Source of the DNA: a virus
Lineage: Duplodnaviria; Caudoviricetes
Virus record (IMG/VR): IMGVR_UViG_3300029305_003192
Length of the DNA stretch: 64,000 nucleotides
Strand: one strand, 5' to 3'
Positions 1 through 11,055 of the stretch are shown in pieces. The number at the start of each line of letters is the position of its first letter. Positions within the stretch are counted from its first letter, which is position 1. The position numbers and the translations under genes are program-made. The notes below the pieces were generated by a model. That model saw only the letters and a list, made by a program, of their open reading frames with translations. It ran no database searches and was not told the DNA's origin.

Positions 1-2
1 GC

Positions 3-3000
3 CATGGTGGTCCTATTAATAGAGGAGTGGACTTCGTATCTGATAAGCTTCAGGGAGTCTTACTGAATCTTATATACGGTGGCCTCAAGTCCTATGATGT
101 CGGAAGTCAGAATATCCCTAATGACCAGGTAGCTAATATTCACAAGGGTGAAATGATTATCCCTAAGGATGTCGCCGACCAGATTCGTGCCGGTAATTTT
201 GACAATGCGCAGGTTAAGGAATGGCTTAATATCACAGCAGGTTCTGTTGAGAATAGCACATCCGTACTATCGTCCATTCAGAGCATGTTCGTCGGTAACT
301 CTAAGACCAAGTCTAAGACTCGTAAAGCTATGGGTGCTATGGTCGAATACGCCGATGACTATTATAAGGTAGCTATCGATGCTGAAGCTATCAAGGATGG
401 CGACCTCAGAGGTATCTGGGTATCCATGCTCGAAAACATGGCTAACCAGACAGCTATTCTCGCACATAATGCCGAAAGAGATGCAGGATTCGATGATAAG
501 GACGGTCGTAGTGACCTTTCTAAGAGAATTCTCGGTGAGAAGGATAAGAATGGCCTCTATAAAGGCACTATGTTTAGTCAATATGCTAACATAGGTCTTG
601 ACTTTAAGAATGCCATCAGACATGCCATGTATGGCGAAGAGTATATTACGTCAGAAGGCGTTAAGGTCGCTAAATCGGATGATACAGTTCTCTCTACTTT
701 ATCTAAGGGTATGAAGAAAGCTGGTGATACAGCTCTTTCATATATCTTTGGAGAAGATTATAAAAATACCAAACAGTTCAAGGCAGTATCAAAAGGCTAT
801 AGTGAACTCAAGGCAGGTATTACTGGTAAAGCATCAGACGGAGTTCAGCTGACTCCGGATGAAGAAAAGGCTGTCGAAGAAGCACTTCAGCAGACAGCTG
901 ATAAGGGACTTGAACTTAATAAGAAACTCATTGGTCACGTTAAGGGTGGCCTGTTAGGTGCAATTACCGTAGGTGGTATTGGTCTTATGGGTGGCGGTGG
1001 TGTAGTGCCAATGCTTCTCGGAGCAGGTGGACCTATTGGTGGTGCAATTATCGGTGCGGGTCTTTCTATTCTCACTAGAAACGAATCCTTCATGGATAAG
1101 ATGTTCGGTGAGATGAAGGATGGTGAACGTGTCGGTGGCGTAATCTCCAAGGAGATGCAGGAAAGATGGAAAGACCTCGGTAGTAAGCTCCTTGGTCCGG
1201 CAGTACTTGGTGCAGCTGGTTCATTTATCTTCCCTAAACTTACTAGAGGTATACTTGGACCGGTTGGTTCATTTATGCTTGGTACTGGACCTATCGCAGG
1301 CGCTGCACTTGGTATAGGTGCATCTCTCATCATGAAGAGCCAGCCAGTGCAGGATTTGCTCTACGGTGAAGAGGGTAAAGGTGGTAATACCGGATTAGTT
1401 GGTAGTGTTAAGAACGCTGCAAAGGATTTCTGGAATAAGAATAAGCAGCATGCGGGTGCTATGGGACTTGGAGGTATCGGTGGTGCTCTCCTAGGTCTCA
1501 AGGGTGCTGGTGCATTAGGACTTGGTGGATTCGGTTTAGTCGGTAGCATTGTGGGCATGTCTATCCTCGGTGCATCATTCGGCCTTAAAGCCACATCTGA
1601 TAAGTTTAAAGACTTCCTCTTTGGTTCCAGAAAGTTTAAGAGAGATAAGAATGGAAATCTCGTTCCAGACGGACGTGATGGTGATGGCCTTATCGGTAAG
1701 ATTTCTCGTAAGTTCATTACTAGTGTCATGACACCTGCTCGAGTATTCGCACGTTCCATTTCACGTAACTTCACAGAGTGGATTCGATATGATGTTGCAC
1801 ATCAGCTCAAGTCTGCATTTGAACCATTTACCCTTGCTATCAAGGGTGGCGTCCAGGGTATTGCTGACGGCATGCATGCCGTTACCGATAAACTCATGGA
1901 CCTCGCTAAGAAAATCACTAACCCGATTAAGAAAATCGTCGGTGGGCTTCTTAAATTTGCTGGTAAGACAGTAATGGGCGGTCTTAAGACAGGTGCATCT
2001 ATTGCCGGTGGTGTAATATCTGCACCTCTTAAAGTATTAGGACACTTTGGTCGTAGATTCTCCAAGAAATACGATCCAACAGTTGCTGCTAATAATAAGA
2101 AATTCCGTTTTGGATATACCGATGCGAGTGGTAAAAAGCATCGAGGATTCTGGAACCCTCTTCAGAGGCTTGCTGATGCAAGGGATGCGTTCCTCGATAG
2201 CGATGGGGGCTTCTTTGACGCTCTTGCTGCGGGTGGTCATATGCTCAACCCATTCACTGCATATGCTGATGCTAAATATCAGTACTCCAAGGATACGGGA
2301 TATAATAATGCTGCATTCTTAGGAGGCTTCTTCGGTGCAGCTGGTCAGAAGCATCGACAGATTAAGAAGGCTAATAGACGTAAAGATAAAATGGAGAGCA
2401 GGATTGCCGATTGGACAGCAGAGTGGGCAAAGAAGGACAACTGGAACGATAAGGTTATCCTCAATAAGAAGGAACTCAATGCACGTAATAGCCGTCTCAG
2501 AAAGATAATGGGTAAGGACTACGATAAAGTCCTTGATAGATTCGGTAATAAGAGCGGTTCTCTTACCAGTGAAGAGATGATTCAGTTCATGTACGACCCA
2601 TTTGGTAAGAAGAAAAGCGAAAAGGATGCTCAGGCTAATACAGCTAAAAAGGCAAATACATTCCTTCAGGATATCAAGCATATCGCATACGAAATACTCC
2701 AGTTCGTCTCTGGTGGCAAACCAAAAGGCGCCCCTTTATCAGGACCAGTTGCTAAGATTGGTAATGCGTTGGCTCCTAAAGGTGGTTCCAAGAGAAAACA
2801 GTCCAGAAATAAGGGCGCTGTCGACAGTAGCATGTACGACTTCATGAAGCAAGCAAAAAGTAGAGGCTTCGGCAGTATTAGTGCAATTGCCAGTGCTACT
2901 GGTATAGATGTAAACGACCTCAAAAATTTCCTTGCTGGAAATCGTGACGCGATTAGTGGTAAAGCCAGACGATCGATGTTTAAACAGATGGGTTATATCG

Positions 3001-6000
3001 ACACATCAACGTTCGGTGGTAAAGTAAAGAAAGCATTTACAACTCAGCATGCACTTGCTAAATATATAACCGACGGTCAATATCGTAAATCGGTAAATCA
3101 AAAACTTGAAAGTAAATCCAACGTGTTTAAATATGCATTGAATGCTGGATACCGTAAGAGTTTACATCAGCAGTATAATGTTACGAGTAGTAAGAGTCTC
3201 CTCGATTGCGTAATAGATGCTGGTTATTTCTATGGCATTAAGCAGGATAAGAAGGTCGATTATAGAAAATTATCAGCTGATACAGGAATCGACCCCGACA
3301 AACTGAAGAACCTCCTTGAGGGTCGAGAAGATGACTTGAAGGATGATGAGAGGACTATATTATATGATAAGGTAGGGTACGTCGGTGATAAGTTCCAGGC
3401 CGGTAAACTTATCAAGAACATGATAGGAACTAAGGTTAAGAATAAAGTCAATTCGATAAAAACCACCCTATATAATAAGACACAGCCATTACGTAATGCC
3501 GCTAAGAAAGTCCAGAGTGGAATCGGCGTAATTAAAGGCAAGATCGCTCCTCTTCAAGATAAGGGTAAGGAACTGTTTAAACAAGCATCAGAAGCTGCGA
3601 AGTTTAAGCTCGACAATAAGATGACCAGTAAACAGAAAGAATTCATGCATAAATATCTCACACCATATGAGATAAAGATATTCAAGCAACTGTCTATATC
3701 TGAGCGTAATAACATAATGAGATTGTGGGCTACTGATGATGGTCGCTCTGCAATAGCAGCATTGCAGCAACATGGCAAGGAGCTTAAGAAAAAGACAGAT
3801 GCCAATCGTAAGAAGCTCGGTCGTAATGTAGCAATGACTGATGAAGAAAAAGCTACATTTGAATGGCTCAAGGTCAACGCTAAGAAATCTAAATTAGAGC
3901 CAGATGTACAGAAGACATGTCTTAAGGTATACCGTAAGATGACATCTACCGAAAGGGCAGAAATTGAGGTATATCGTAAAAACAAAGACGTTGTGGGAGC
4001 ATTCACATATCTTAAAGACCATGCAGGAAAGATTAAATCGTTTGCTGAACGAGTTAAAGGCGCTGCGGGCGCTCTAAAGGCAGGTGCGTCCACGATAGCT
4101 GGTAAAGCCGCTGCGGGCGCATCCTCTATATTCGGTGCATTATTTGGAACAACAGGAGGTCTCAAATCCCTCGCTGGTATAGCGATAGGTGCAGGCGTCA
4201 TGTTCCTCTTTAATAAATTCCCAGGAATTATGGAGAGTATCAAGACTATTATTGGTAATATCAAGGATTGGTTCATGGAAACTGCATGGCCATTTATTAC
4301 TGATAAGATAGTTCCGGCTGCCAAGAAGATCTTTGAAGGAATCGGAACTGTAGTAGAGAAAATTTTCAACTTCATTGCCAACCCGGAAGAAGAGGGTGCT
4401 GCACTTTCTTCAAACTGGTTTACAGGAATGGATAAATCCGCAGAACAGTTGAAGGCTGAATCTGATACAGCTGCGAAGTATGGTTTATCAACTACAGAAG
4501 AAATGCTTAATTATGCGACTGGAGACCATGGAATATGGACTAGTGACATTGGTGATGGTGGTCTTGCAGAAATCGTTGGTAAAAAGGCGGGTTCTAAGTA
4601 TACAGCTAAGGATGGACTTATTGCAGCATATGTAGTTATCGGTAATGAGTACATGTTATACAATAACCCATTTATAGCACCGACAGTCGAGCAGTTGTCA
4701 GCATTTATCGAAGATCCTAAAATCTTAAAAGCCGTTAAGAAGTTCTATAAAGAAATTGCAACACAACGTGGAATTAAACCGAAGAAGTATGATGATACAT
4801 CGGCTTCCGATAGAAAAGCTGCTCTTCAGCAAGCTGTACAGTATCTGGAAGGTAAGTATGGTGGTCATAGAAACGTTCAAATCAACATGAATAACGCCGC
4901 TGGTATTACTATGGAACAGGCTGCTGCTAATGCAGCCGCAGAAGCATCAGGTAGTGTCGGCTCAGGCCACTTCATGCAGACTGACCCAAGATGGGCAAAT
5001 GCTAGATATGCAAATGCTGGTCGTGGTAATTTCTCCACTATGGGTAATGGTGGATGTGGACCTACTGCACTTGCTAATGCGGCAATGAGCCAGGGTGTAT
5101 CCACTAATCCTATGGCAGTAGCGCGTCTCTCCAGAAACGGCGGATATGCAGTAGGTGGGGGTACATCTGCTGGTCTATTCACTAACGGTGCTCGAAGACT
5201 TGGTCTTCAGTCTACAGCAATTGGAGCAGGCTCAATTAAGCGAGCACTTAGTAATGGTAACAGTGTCGTATTTGCTGGAAAGGGTAATGGCCTCTATACT
5301 AGAGCTGGACATATTATGTCTGCTCGTGGTATCGATAGACACGGAAATGTTATCGTTGATGACCCAATGAGACGCAATTCGGTAAGCGTCCCACTATCGA
5401 CTCTTGGTAGAGGTATGACTCATGCATGGTCTATTGGACGTGGCGGTGAGACATATACTGATAACAAGGGTAATGTTTATGAGAAGATAACCAGTTTTGA
5501 CCAGCTTAGTGCTGCAGCTAAGAAGAAAGATCTTACTAACTACTCCGACCAGGACCTCGGTATGCTCATGGCTAAATGCCAGAATGGCGAAGCCGATATT
5601 AATATAGCAGAATTTTACTTCCTTACATCACAACGAGAGATCAATAGAAAGAATGGTCTTGCAGACATGAGCTCTATGGACTATCATATCTCACTGCGTG
5701 GTGACGATAGTATGTTATATAATAACGTGCTTATGTACAACCAGACTAACGAGAAATGGAAGGATAAATTCCTCGTATACACTAATGACACATCAACTAT
5801 CGGTAATGCAGGATGTGTAGTTACTGCATTCGGCTCATTATTGGCCAACTTAACAGGACTCAACTATAGACCTGACTTTATGACAAATGCCATTGCCGGA
5901 AAGACTCGTACTGGCAATAGCCTGATTACTATTCTGGGAAATAGTAGATCCCCAAGTATTTCCAATGCAACGCCTCAAAGATTTCTCATTAATGGGCATA

Positions 6001-8252
6001 CGCATGGCCAGGCAACTAACAGTGAGGCAATTTATCCGAACTGGTATGAGCCACATGAAGGACCTTTTATGGGTAGTATGGATTGGTCTACTGGAACGAT
6101 GACGTATCATAGGAATAATGATGAGCTCAGGTTCCTCGATACTATCTCGTCTGGACCATTCGTTATCTACGGTGGTTCGATTTATAATAAGGATATGGAT
6201 AAAGTTTCTACTTATGGAACTGAACCAGGCACATATGCATCATCAATCTCTGGTTATACTCATATGCATCCGTTCTATCGCCCATCTGATGGAAAGATGT
6301 ATACTAACCACGCATACTTGGTAGTACCTAAAACATTTGGTGGAGCTTCATCCGTAGCTCAGCAGGAATATTATCTGTATGACCCAGGAAGTGGCCAGCT
6401 TGAAAATCAGGGACGTGCATTATCTTACAGTGCATTATTCTCACCACATGGTGGTGTACAGTCAGTATTCGGATTTTCCGGTTTGGCTAGTACTCCATTT
6501 GGCGGAGTTCTCGGTAAAGAACCTGCCGTGGAAGACCTCAATTGGTGGCAAAGTATGTATAATGCTGACGATCTTGCGGAACTTTATAGGACATCGTCCG
6601 AGCATACTCGTAGGAAGTATCAGTATGAAAATTCATGGACTGGCACAGATACATCAACCGATGAGTCCTCAGACGACAGTCTTCTGACAAAAATTATGAA
6701 TGCTCTCAGTGGTCTTGGTGATATTGCGATGGGACTACTGGGTAAAATATTTGGTGGTAAGGGAGACCTTCCAACCATGACCGATTATGCCAACCAGTCA
6801 GTTTATAACAACGGTGGAAGCGGAAGCGGTGGTAGTGGTGGATCCGGTTACGTTAGCAACGACGGTTCAATCTACTATAAGGGTGAGAAGGTCAGCAGTC
6901 GTGCTCTCACGATGGACCTCTCTAAATACTCGGACTATGACATTGCTATGTTACAGCAGCGAATTATGAAGGGTACCGAAGACGGTCTTACTATGAATGA
7001 TTTCTATTATCTGACAGATAAGAGAAATAATCCCCATAAGCGTGTATCTAAGTCGATTGAAGCTATAACAAGCTCTATCGCATCATTATACCCTAATGGT
7101 GCGGATGTTACACCATATACATCATTACCAGGTTGGGCAACCGCCCTCAGCGATCATTACAACTACAATAAACTCGGAACTATATCTACTGCTCCAATTC
7201 AGTCGACTAAGTTCACAGCAAACGATATAAATGCTATCATGAATGCGATGCTCCGAATCTCATCTGACCGTGAGGGTGGATATTTCGGAATAGCTAATTT
7301 CAATAGTGCTTATGCGGACTCTGATGGATATCCCGCATTTGGTATCAGTGGATTCAACGGTCATTATGGAGGGGCGCAGGAAGTTCTTGGAAGAATGGTT
7401 GCATCCGGAGAACTGTCTGAAGAAGACAGGGCTATCGCACTGGAGCTCATTGATGAAGTGGGCAGAACGTATACAGGAAACAACCCATTCAACAAAAATA
7501 AACTCGATACACTGATTCGTAAATATTCGAATGTCAATAAGTATGCACAGGACGGTTATGCATACCAGCTCATGCAGAACTCAGCACGTCACGTGTTTAG
7601 TGCATATGATAACGGAACACTTCGTAGCGTTGAAGAGATGATTATGCTTAATCAGCTCTCACCTTACGGACCAGCACATATTCCAGCAATTCTTGGTTTA
7701 CCAGGTGCTGGAAGTTGGGCAGAAACTACTGCTCCTAATAACCTCAAGACACTTAAGTTTAGTAGTGATCCACTTACAAACCTCGCATACACAATGAACG
7801 ATTATTATACACGTAATACTTCAGCTTGGACTAAGTATTCTTATATGAAGAATGAGCTGAAGGAAGCGTATAAGAATCTCGGAGGAACGGAAGCTCTTGG
7901 TTTCGGCGGTGGTATCGCAGACTCGCTCAATTCCGGTTCTTATGATATCGTAGACACACCTGTCGCTATCGGTAGAACACCTAGAGTTGAAGTTGACTCT
8001 GCACCAGTTACTACAAGACTCGACGTAATTATCAACTATCTCAGACAGATTGCCAATACTGCTAGACAAAACCGAGCAGAAACGGCGGCAACTAATTTGG
8101 ATATCGGACACGGAGCTATTGTTGAAAAGCGTAGCATGTCCAGTTCTGGTTCCAACAATATGCCGGCAACACCGGTATATACAGACATTAAGAACAGTGA
8201 TAGAATGAAAGCGATTCATGATAGAATAGCCAGAAGTCCTAGACCTGTATAA
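3..8252 (+). CDS. Giant tape-measure / tail-associated protein with two C39-like cysteine peptidase domains and a lysozyme-like C-terminal domain; 5'-truncated by the window
   Basis: Frame is open from nt 3 (HGGPINRG precedes the GTG at 27). Long Gly/Ala-rich hydrophobic repeats typical of TMPs. C39-like motifs QTDPRW..GCGPTA..GH..VDDP (~4968-5440) and NQTNEKW..AGCVVTA..NH..YDP (~5730-6480). Confidence 0.75.
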   Translation, partial: HGGPINRGVDFVSDKLQGVLLNLIYGGLKSYDVGSQNIPNDQVANIHKGEMIIPKDVADQIRAGNFDNAQVKEWLNITAGSVENSTSVLSSIQSMFVGNSKTKSKTRKAMGAMVEYADDYYKVAIDAEAIKDGDLRGIWVSMLENMANQTAILAHNAERDAGFDDKDGRSDLSKRILGEKDKNGLYKGTMFSQYANIGLDFKNAIRHAMYGEEYITSEGVKVAKSDDTVLSTLSKGMKKAGDTALSYIFGEDYKNTKQFKAVSKGYSELKAGITGKASDGVQLTPDEEKAVEEALQQTADKGLELNKKLIGHVKGGLLGAITVGGIGLMGGGGVVPMLLGAGGPIGGAIIGAGLSILTRNESFMDKMFGEMKDGERVGGVISKEMQERWKDLGSKLLGPAVLGAAGSFIFPKLTRGILGPVGSFMLGTGPIAGAALGIGASLIMKSQPVQDLLYGEEGKGGNTGLVGSVKNAAKDFWNKNKQHAGAMGLGGIGGALLGLKGAGALGLGGFGLVGSIVGMSILGASFGLKATSDKFKDFLFGSRKFKRDKNGNLVPDGRDGDGLIGKISRKFITSVMTPARVFARSISRNFTEWIRYDVAHQLKSAFEPFTLAIKGGVQGIADGMHAVTDKLMDLAKKITNPIKKIVGGLLKFAGKTVMGGLKTGASIAGGVISAPLKVLGHFGRRFSKKYDPTVAANNKKFRFGYTDASGKKHRGFWNPLQRLADARDAFLDSDGGFFDALAAGGHMLNPFTAYADAKYQYSKDTGYNNAAFLGGFFGAAGQKHRQIKKANRRKDKMESRIADWTAEWAKKDNWNDKVILNKKELNARNSRLRKIMGKDYDKVLDRFGNKSGSLTSEEMIQFMYDPFGKKKSEKDAQANTAKKANTFLQDIKHIAYEILQFVSGGKPKGAPLSGPVAKIGNALAPKGGSKRKQSRNKGAVDSSMYDFMKQAKSRGFGSISAIASATGIDVNDLKNFLAGNRDAISGKARRSMFKQMGYIDTSTFGGKVKKAFTTQHALAKYITDGQYRKSVNQKLESKSNVFKYALNAGYRKSLHQQYNVTSSKSLLDCVIDAGYFYGIKQDKKVDYRKLSADTGIDPDKLKNLLEGREDDLKDDERTILYDKVGYVGDKFQAGKLIKNMIGTKVKNKVNSIKTTLYNKTQPLRNAAKKVQSGIGVIKGKIAPLQDKGKELFKQASEAAKFKLDNKMTSKQKEFMHKYLTPYEIKIFKQLSISERNNIMRLWATDDGRSAIAALQQHGKELKKKTDANRKKLGRNVAMTDEEKATFEWLKVNAKKSKLEPDVQKTCLKVYRKMTSTERAEIEVYRKNKDVVGAFTYLKDHAGKIKSFAERVKGAAGALKAGASTIAGKAAAGASSIFGALFGTTGGLKSLAGIAIGAGVMFLFNKFPGIMESIKTIIGNIKDWFMETAWPFITDKIVPAAKKIFEGIGTVVEKIFNFIANPEEEGAALSSNWFTGMDKSAEQLKAESDTAAKYGLSTTEEMLNYATGDHGIWTSDIGDGGLAEIVGKKAGSKYTAKDGLIAAYVVIGNEYMLYNNPFIAPTVEQLSAFIEDPKILKAVKKFYKEIATQRGIKPKKYDDTSASDRKAALQQAVQYLEGKYGGHRNVQINMNNAAGITMEQAAANAAAEASGSVGSGHFMQTDPRWANARYANAGRGNFSTMGNGGCGPTALANAAMSQGVSTNPMAVARLSRNGGYAVGGGTSAGLFTNGARRLGLQSTAIGAGSIKRALSNGNSVVFAGKGNGLYTRAGHIMSARGIDRHGNVIVDDPMRRNSVSVPLSTLGRGMTHAWSIGRGGETYTDNKGNVYEKITSFDQLSAAAKKKDLTNYSDQDLGMLMAKCQNGEADINIAEFYFLTSQREINRKNGLADMSSMDYHISLRGDDSMLYNNVLMYNQTNEKWKDKFLVYTNDTSTIGNAGCVVTAFGSLLANLTGLNYRPDFMTNAIAGKTRTGNSLITILGNSRSPSISNATPQRFLINGHTHGQATNSEAIYPNWYEPHEGPFMGSMDWSTGTMTYHRNNDELRFLDTISSGPFVIYGGSIYNKDMDKVSTYGTEPGTYASSISGYTHMHPFYRPSDGKMYTNHAYLVVPKTFGGASSVAQQEYYLYDPGSGQLENQGRALSYSALFSPHGGVQSVFGFSGLASTPFGGVLGKEPAVEDLNWWQSMYNADDLAELYRTSSEHTRRKYQYENSWTGTDTSTDESSDDSLLTKIMNALSGLGDIAMGLLGKIFGGKGDLPTMTDYANQSVYNNGGSGSGGSGGSGYVSNDGSIYYKGEKVSSRALTMDLSKYSDYDIAMLQQRIMKGTEDGLTMNDFYYLTDKRNNPHKRVSKSIEAITSSIASLYPNGADVTPYTSLPGWATALSDHYNYNKLGTISTAPIQSTKFTANDINAIMNAMLRISSDREGGYFGIANFNSAYADSDGYPAFGISGFNGHYGGAQEVLGRMVASGELSEEDRAIALELIDEVGRTYTGNNPFNKNKLDTLIRKYSNVNKYAQDGYAYQLMQNSARHVFSAYDNGTLRSVEEMIMLNQLSPYGPAHIPAILGLPGAGSWAETTAPNNLKTLKFSSDPLTNLAYTMNDYYTRNTSAWTKYSYMKNELKEAYKNLGGTEALGFGGGIADSLNSGSYDIVDTPVAIGRTPRVEVDSAPVTTRLDVIINYLRQIANTARQNRAETAATNLDIGHGAIVEKRSMSSSGSNNMPATPVYTDIKNSDRMKAIHDRIARSPRPV

Positions 8253-8256
8253 AAAT

Positions 8257-8290
8257 AATGAGGATAAGCCAATTGGCTTATCCTCATTTT
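8257..8290 (+). terminator. Intrinsic terminator hairpin
   Basis: Perfect inverted repeat aatgaggataagcc-aatt-ggcttatcctcatt followed by T, directly after the TMP stop. Confidence 0.8.
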
Positions 8291-8301
8291 ATCGTTCCGG
8301 T

Positions 8302-8313
8302 AACAACGCTTTA
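8302..8313 (+). promoter_or_regulatory. Putative late promoter AACA-N6-TA
   Basis: AACA-ACGCTT-TA upstream of the 8341 structural gene; matches the AR9 late consensus. Confidence 0.65.
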
Positions 8314-8340
8314 ATATGCTAATGAAAGAGGTGTATTTTT

Positions 8341-10305
8341 ATGGCAGACGAATCAGATATCAATGTTCGTCCTCTCTCGGAGGACGAACAATTTAAAATA
8401 CAAATCACAAATGATGCCGCATCACACGGAGGTTCGGGTCTATCAGGATATAGTGCCCCGAACGAAAGATTGACGAACAGGACGCATACCTCTATTCCCG
8501 AGGGCACATATACTGTTACCGGTAGAAGTAACTATGATACGTCATGGGTATGTATAAGTGTAAACGGAAAAGATGTATGGATCAAGCTCAACGGCGGAGG
8601 ATATATTGATGAGGATGGTACTCCATATTTTAATTCACAATATTATTCCGAGGAAGACCGTGATAAAGCACTGAAAAGTGAACTTGATATACTTGGTACT
8701 ATGAACTTTGAACAGTGGGCCACGGATAGTTATGATGAACGTACAGTAGGTGAGCTTGCGGGTAGTAATGAATGTATAGTGTACACTACCAATCAAGATG
8801 GACAGACATACAATATGCGCGAGAAGGTTGTAATGCACAGTACAAGCAGTCAGATCGAATATGGATCGGTATATGCACATTATATAACCTTGGCGACTAA
8901 AGCATATGGTGCACCACCGCAATGGACACCATATGTTGATCCTCGAGTAGGTGAACTGAGATTATCATCAAACCACGTGTTTCTATTGGGAAGAAAGTAC
9001 TTGGAGACCGTAATATCAGCTCCAACTATATTGTCGTTATGCCCAGGTGTAATCAAATATAACTCAGCTCTTGGTGAACTCTTAGGTGAGAATTTCGATA
9101 ATATGACCCCTGAAATGTTTCAGGCAGACAGTTCGGGTAAAATTATCGAGTTCCAGCCGTGTTGGTACTCCGACGTAGAAGGTGGTAACCACGGTTACCT
9201 CAAATATGTAATTACGTTAAATAAAGCTGCGTTAATATCGATGAACCGTACAGAATATAAGACCGGTGAAATTGAACTAAAGAAGCGAGAATTCCCTGGT
9301 TCATCGCAAACATATTACAATACTGAGCAAGTGTGGTATGATTGGAATAATTCGGACAATGACGTTACTCGCATATTCGGCGATACCGGGGGAGAGAACG
9401 CTATTTTAGACACCCTCTCAGCAATGGGTAATGCAGCAGCGGGATTTCTCGAATCCTTATATACATACAAATACGTTCATTTTTACTGCTCTGGTAATAA
9501 TTCAACACGTGAAAATTTCGAGACTAGTGTCAGAAGCTCTATGATTGAGGATCTCATAAACTCATCGGTAGGCTCTGCAGTTAAGGATGTAGCGTATTTC
9601 ATGGGTGGTATTATCGATGCCGATACTACACAGCAATTGGAAGAATGGGCCGATACCACATCTAAATCACTTGGCTCTCTCGGTAACCTTGTATCTATGG
9701 CGACCGAGGTATTTAAAGGTGCCCGATTAATATTCCCACAGATTGTCGATGACTGTACATTTGGTAGAGATGCACAGTTTACAGTTAGATTTGTTGCAGG
9801 TTCATCAGATATTGAAGCAAGATATCTGATGAGATGTGAGTTTAATCATCTTCTCGCATTGGTATTGCCAAGACAGGTTAAAGGTAAGATTGATATGTAT
9901 ACTACACCATTTCTTGTACGCGGCCTTTGTAAGGGACGTTGGAACTGTGAGATGGGTGTTATAACAGGATTCCAGGTGACGTATGGTGGGCAGGATGATG
10001 GTGCATGGACGCAGGATTCACAGCCAACCGAAATTGAAGCTACGTTCTCAGTTACTCCATTATATTCTAAGCTTGTTATGTCTTCATTCGACGATGCATC
10101 GACATGGTTCCTGAGAAATACTGGTATGATTGAATATGTCATGACGAACTGTGGTGTTGACTTGAGATTATCTCAGCTTGATATGAAGATGGAAATGGCC
10201 GTAGCTATGGGAGCTGAAGCTGCCAATCCCATGCGTATGTCAGACGGTATCATGGGTAAAATCTATAATCTGGCTCAACCGCTTCGTAACTTATTCAACT
10301 TCTAA
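8341..10305 (+). CDS. Virion structural protein, probable baseplate / tail-tube initiator
   Basis: Follows the TMP. C-terminal PFLVR..CEMGVITGFQVTYG..W..P.EIEATFSV resembles T4 gp48/gp54-type tube-fold proteins. Late promoter upstream. Confidence 0.5.
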   Translation: MADESDINVRPLSEDEQFKIQITNDAASHGGSGLSGYSAPNERLTNRTHTSIPEGTYTVTGRSNYDTSWVCISVNGKDVWIKLNGGGYIDEDGTPYFNSQYYSEEDRDKALKSELDILGTMNFEQWATDSYDERTVGELAGSNECIVYTTNQDGQTYNMREKVVMHSTSSQIEYGSVYAHYITLATKAYGAPPQWTPYVDPRVGELRLSSNHVFLLGRKYLETVISAPTILSLCPGVIKYNSALGELLGENFDNMTPEMFQADSSGKIIEFQPCWYSDVEGGNHGYLKYVITLNKAALISMNRTEYKTGEIELKKREFPGSSQTYYNTEQVWYDWNNSDNDVTRIFGDTGGENAILDTLSAMGNAAAGFLESLYTYKYVHFYCSGNNSTRENFETSVRSSMIEDLINSSVGSAVKDVAYFMGGIIDADTTQQLEEWADTTSKSLGSLGNLVSMATEVFKGARLIFPQIVDDCTFGRDAQFTVRFVAGSSDIEARYLMRCEFNHLLALVLPRQVKGKIDMYTTPFLVRGLCKGRWNCEMGVITGFQVTYGGQDDGAWTQDSQPTEIEATFSVTPLYSKLVMSSFDDASTWFLRNTGMIEYVMTNCGVDLRLSQLDMKMEMAVAMGAEAANPMRMSDGIMGKIYNLAQPLRNLFNF

Positions 10306-10395
10306 TACCACTTTAAATATGTAAACGACCTCCGAAATATATTTAATGAGTATATATTCTCGCTAAGACTAATTACGAGAGGAGGAACTTACAGA

Positions 10396-11055
10396 TTGTC
10401 AAAAGCAATAGATAGACTGAAGGATGAATATGACAGAGTATTTGGTCATATACCGGATGATCCCAGTGGTCAATTAGAGTATCTGTGTAGTGAGTGGAAT
10501 ATCAGTCAGAATGACATTGATAAATTCCGTACCGATGTAGAACGATTTATCACCATGAAGACTGATAAGATTATGCTATCGCTACCAGTTACTCCATTGG
10601 CATCTAGACGTCCACGTTCATCTTCAGACGGACACTTCTATGTGCCCGATATCGAAAAACACCGAAAACTCGTACAAAGCTATATCGACTATAAAGGCAT
10701 AGTATTCACATTATGTCATATAGATATCGATATCTACGTCGAAATTCCGTCGGCTATGACGAAGAAAGAAGCATACCTTGCCCAGATAGGTCTGGTAAGA
10801 CCAACAGGTTCAGACTGGGATAACTATGCGAAAACATATTGCGACTGTATACAAAATGTGCTGATAACAAACGATAACCTGATTATCAGTGGTACATGCC
10901 GTAAGTTCTACTCAGTTAAACCGAGAGTTGAAATCGAGATTGAATATCAACCTTCGTTTGATTGTAAGTATAATGAGCGGCGAATTACTAAGAGCAAATC
11001 GTATTTGCAGAATATCGAAAGGGTGAAGTATAATGAGTACACGAGAAAAGACTGA
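10396..11055 (+). CDS. RusA-like Holliday junction resolvase
   Basis: RPR motif, DWDNYAKTYCD (RusA DxDNxxKxxxD) and C-terminal KFYSVKPRVEIEI; TTG start with GGAGGA SD. Confidence 0.75.
   Translation: MSKAIDRLKDEYDRVFGHIPDDPSGQLEYLCSEWNISQNDIDKFRTDVERFITMKTDKIMLSLPVTPLASRRPRSSSDGHFYVPDIEKHRKLVQSYIDYKGIVFTLCHIDIDIYVEIPSAMTKKEAYLAQIGLVRPTGSDWDNYAKTYCDCIQNVLITNDNLIISGTCRKFYSVKPRVEIEIEYQPSFDCKYNERRITKSKSYLQNIERVKYNEYTRKD

Noticed and set aside
3554-4381. Long antisense ORFs (this 275-aa one, 12403-13011, 40579-41196, 50836-51735 and others)
   Set aside because: They shadow well-supported genes on the opposite strand and lack SD sites or motifs
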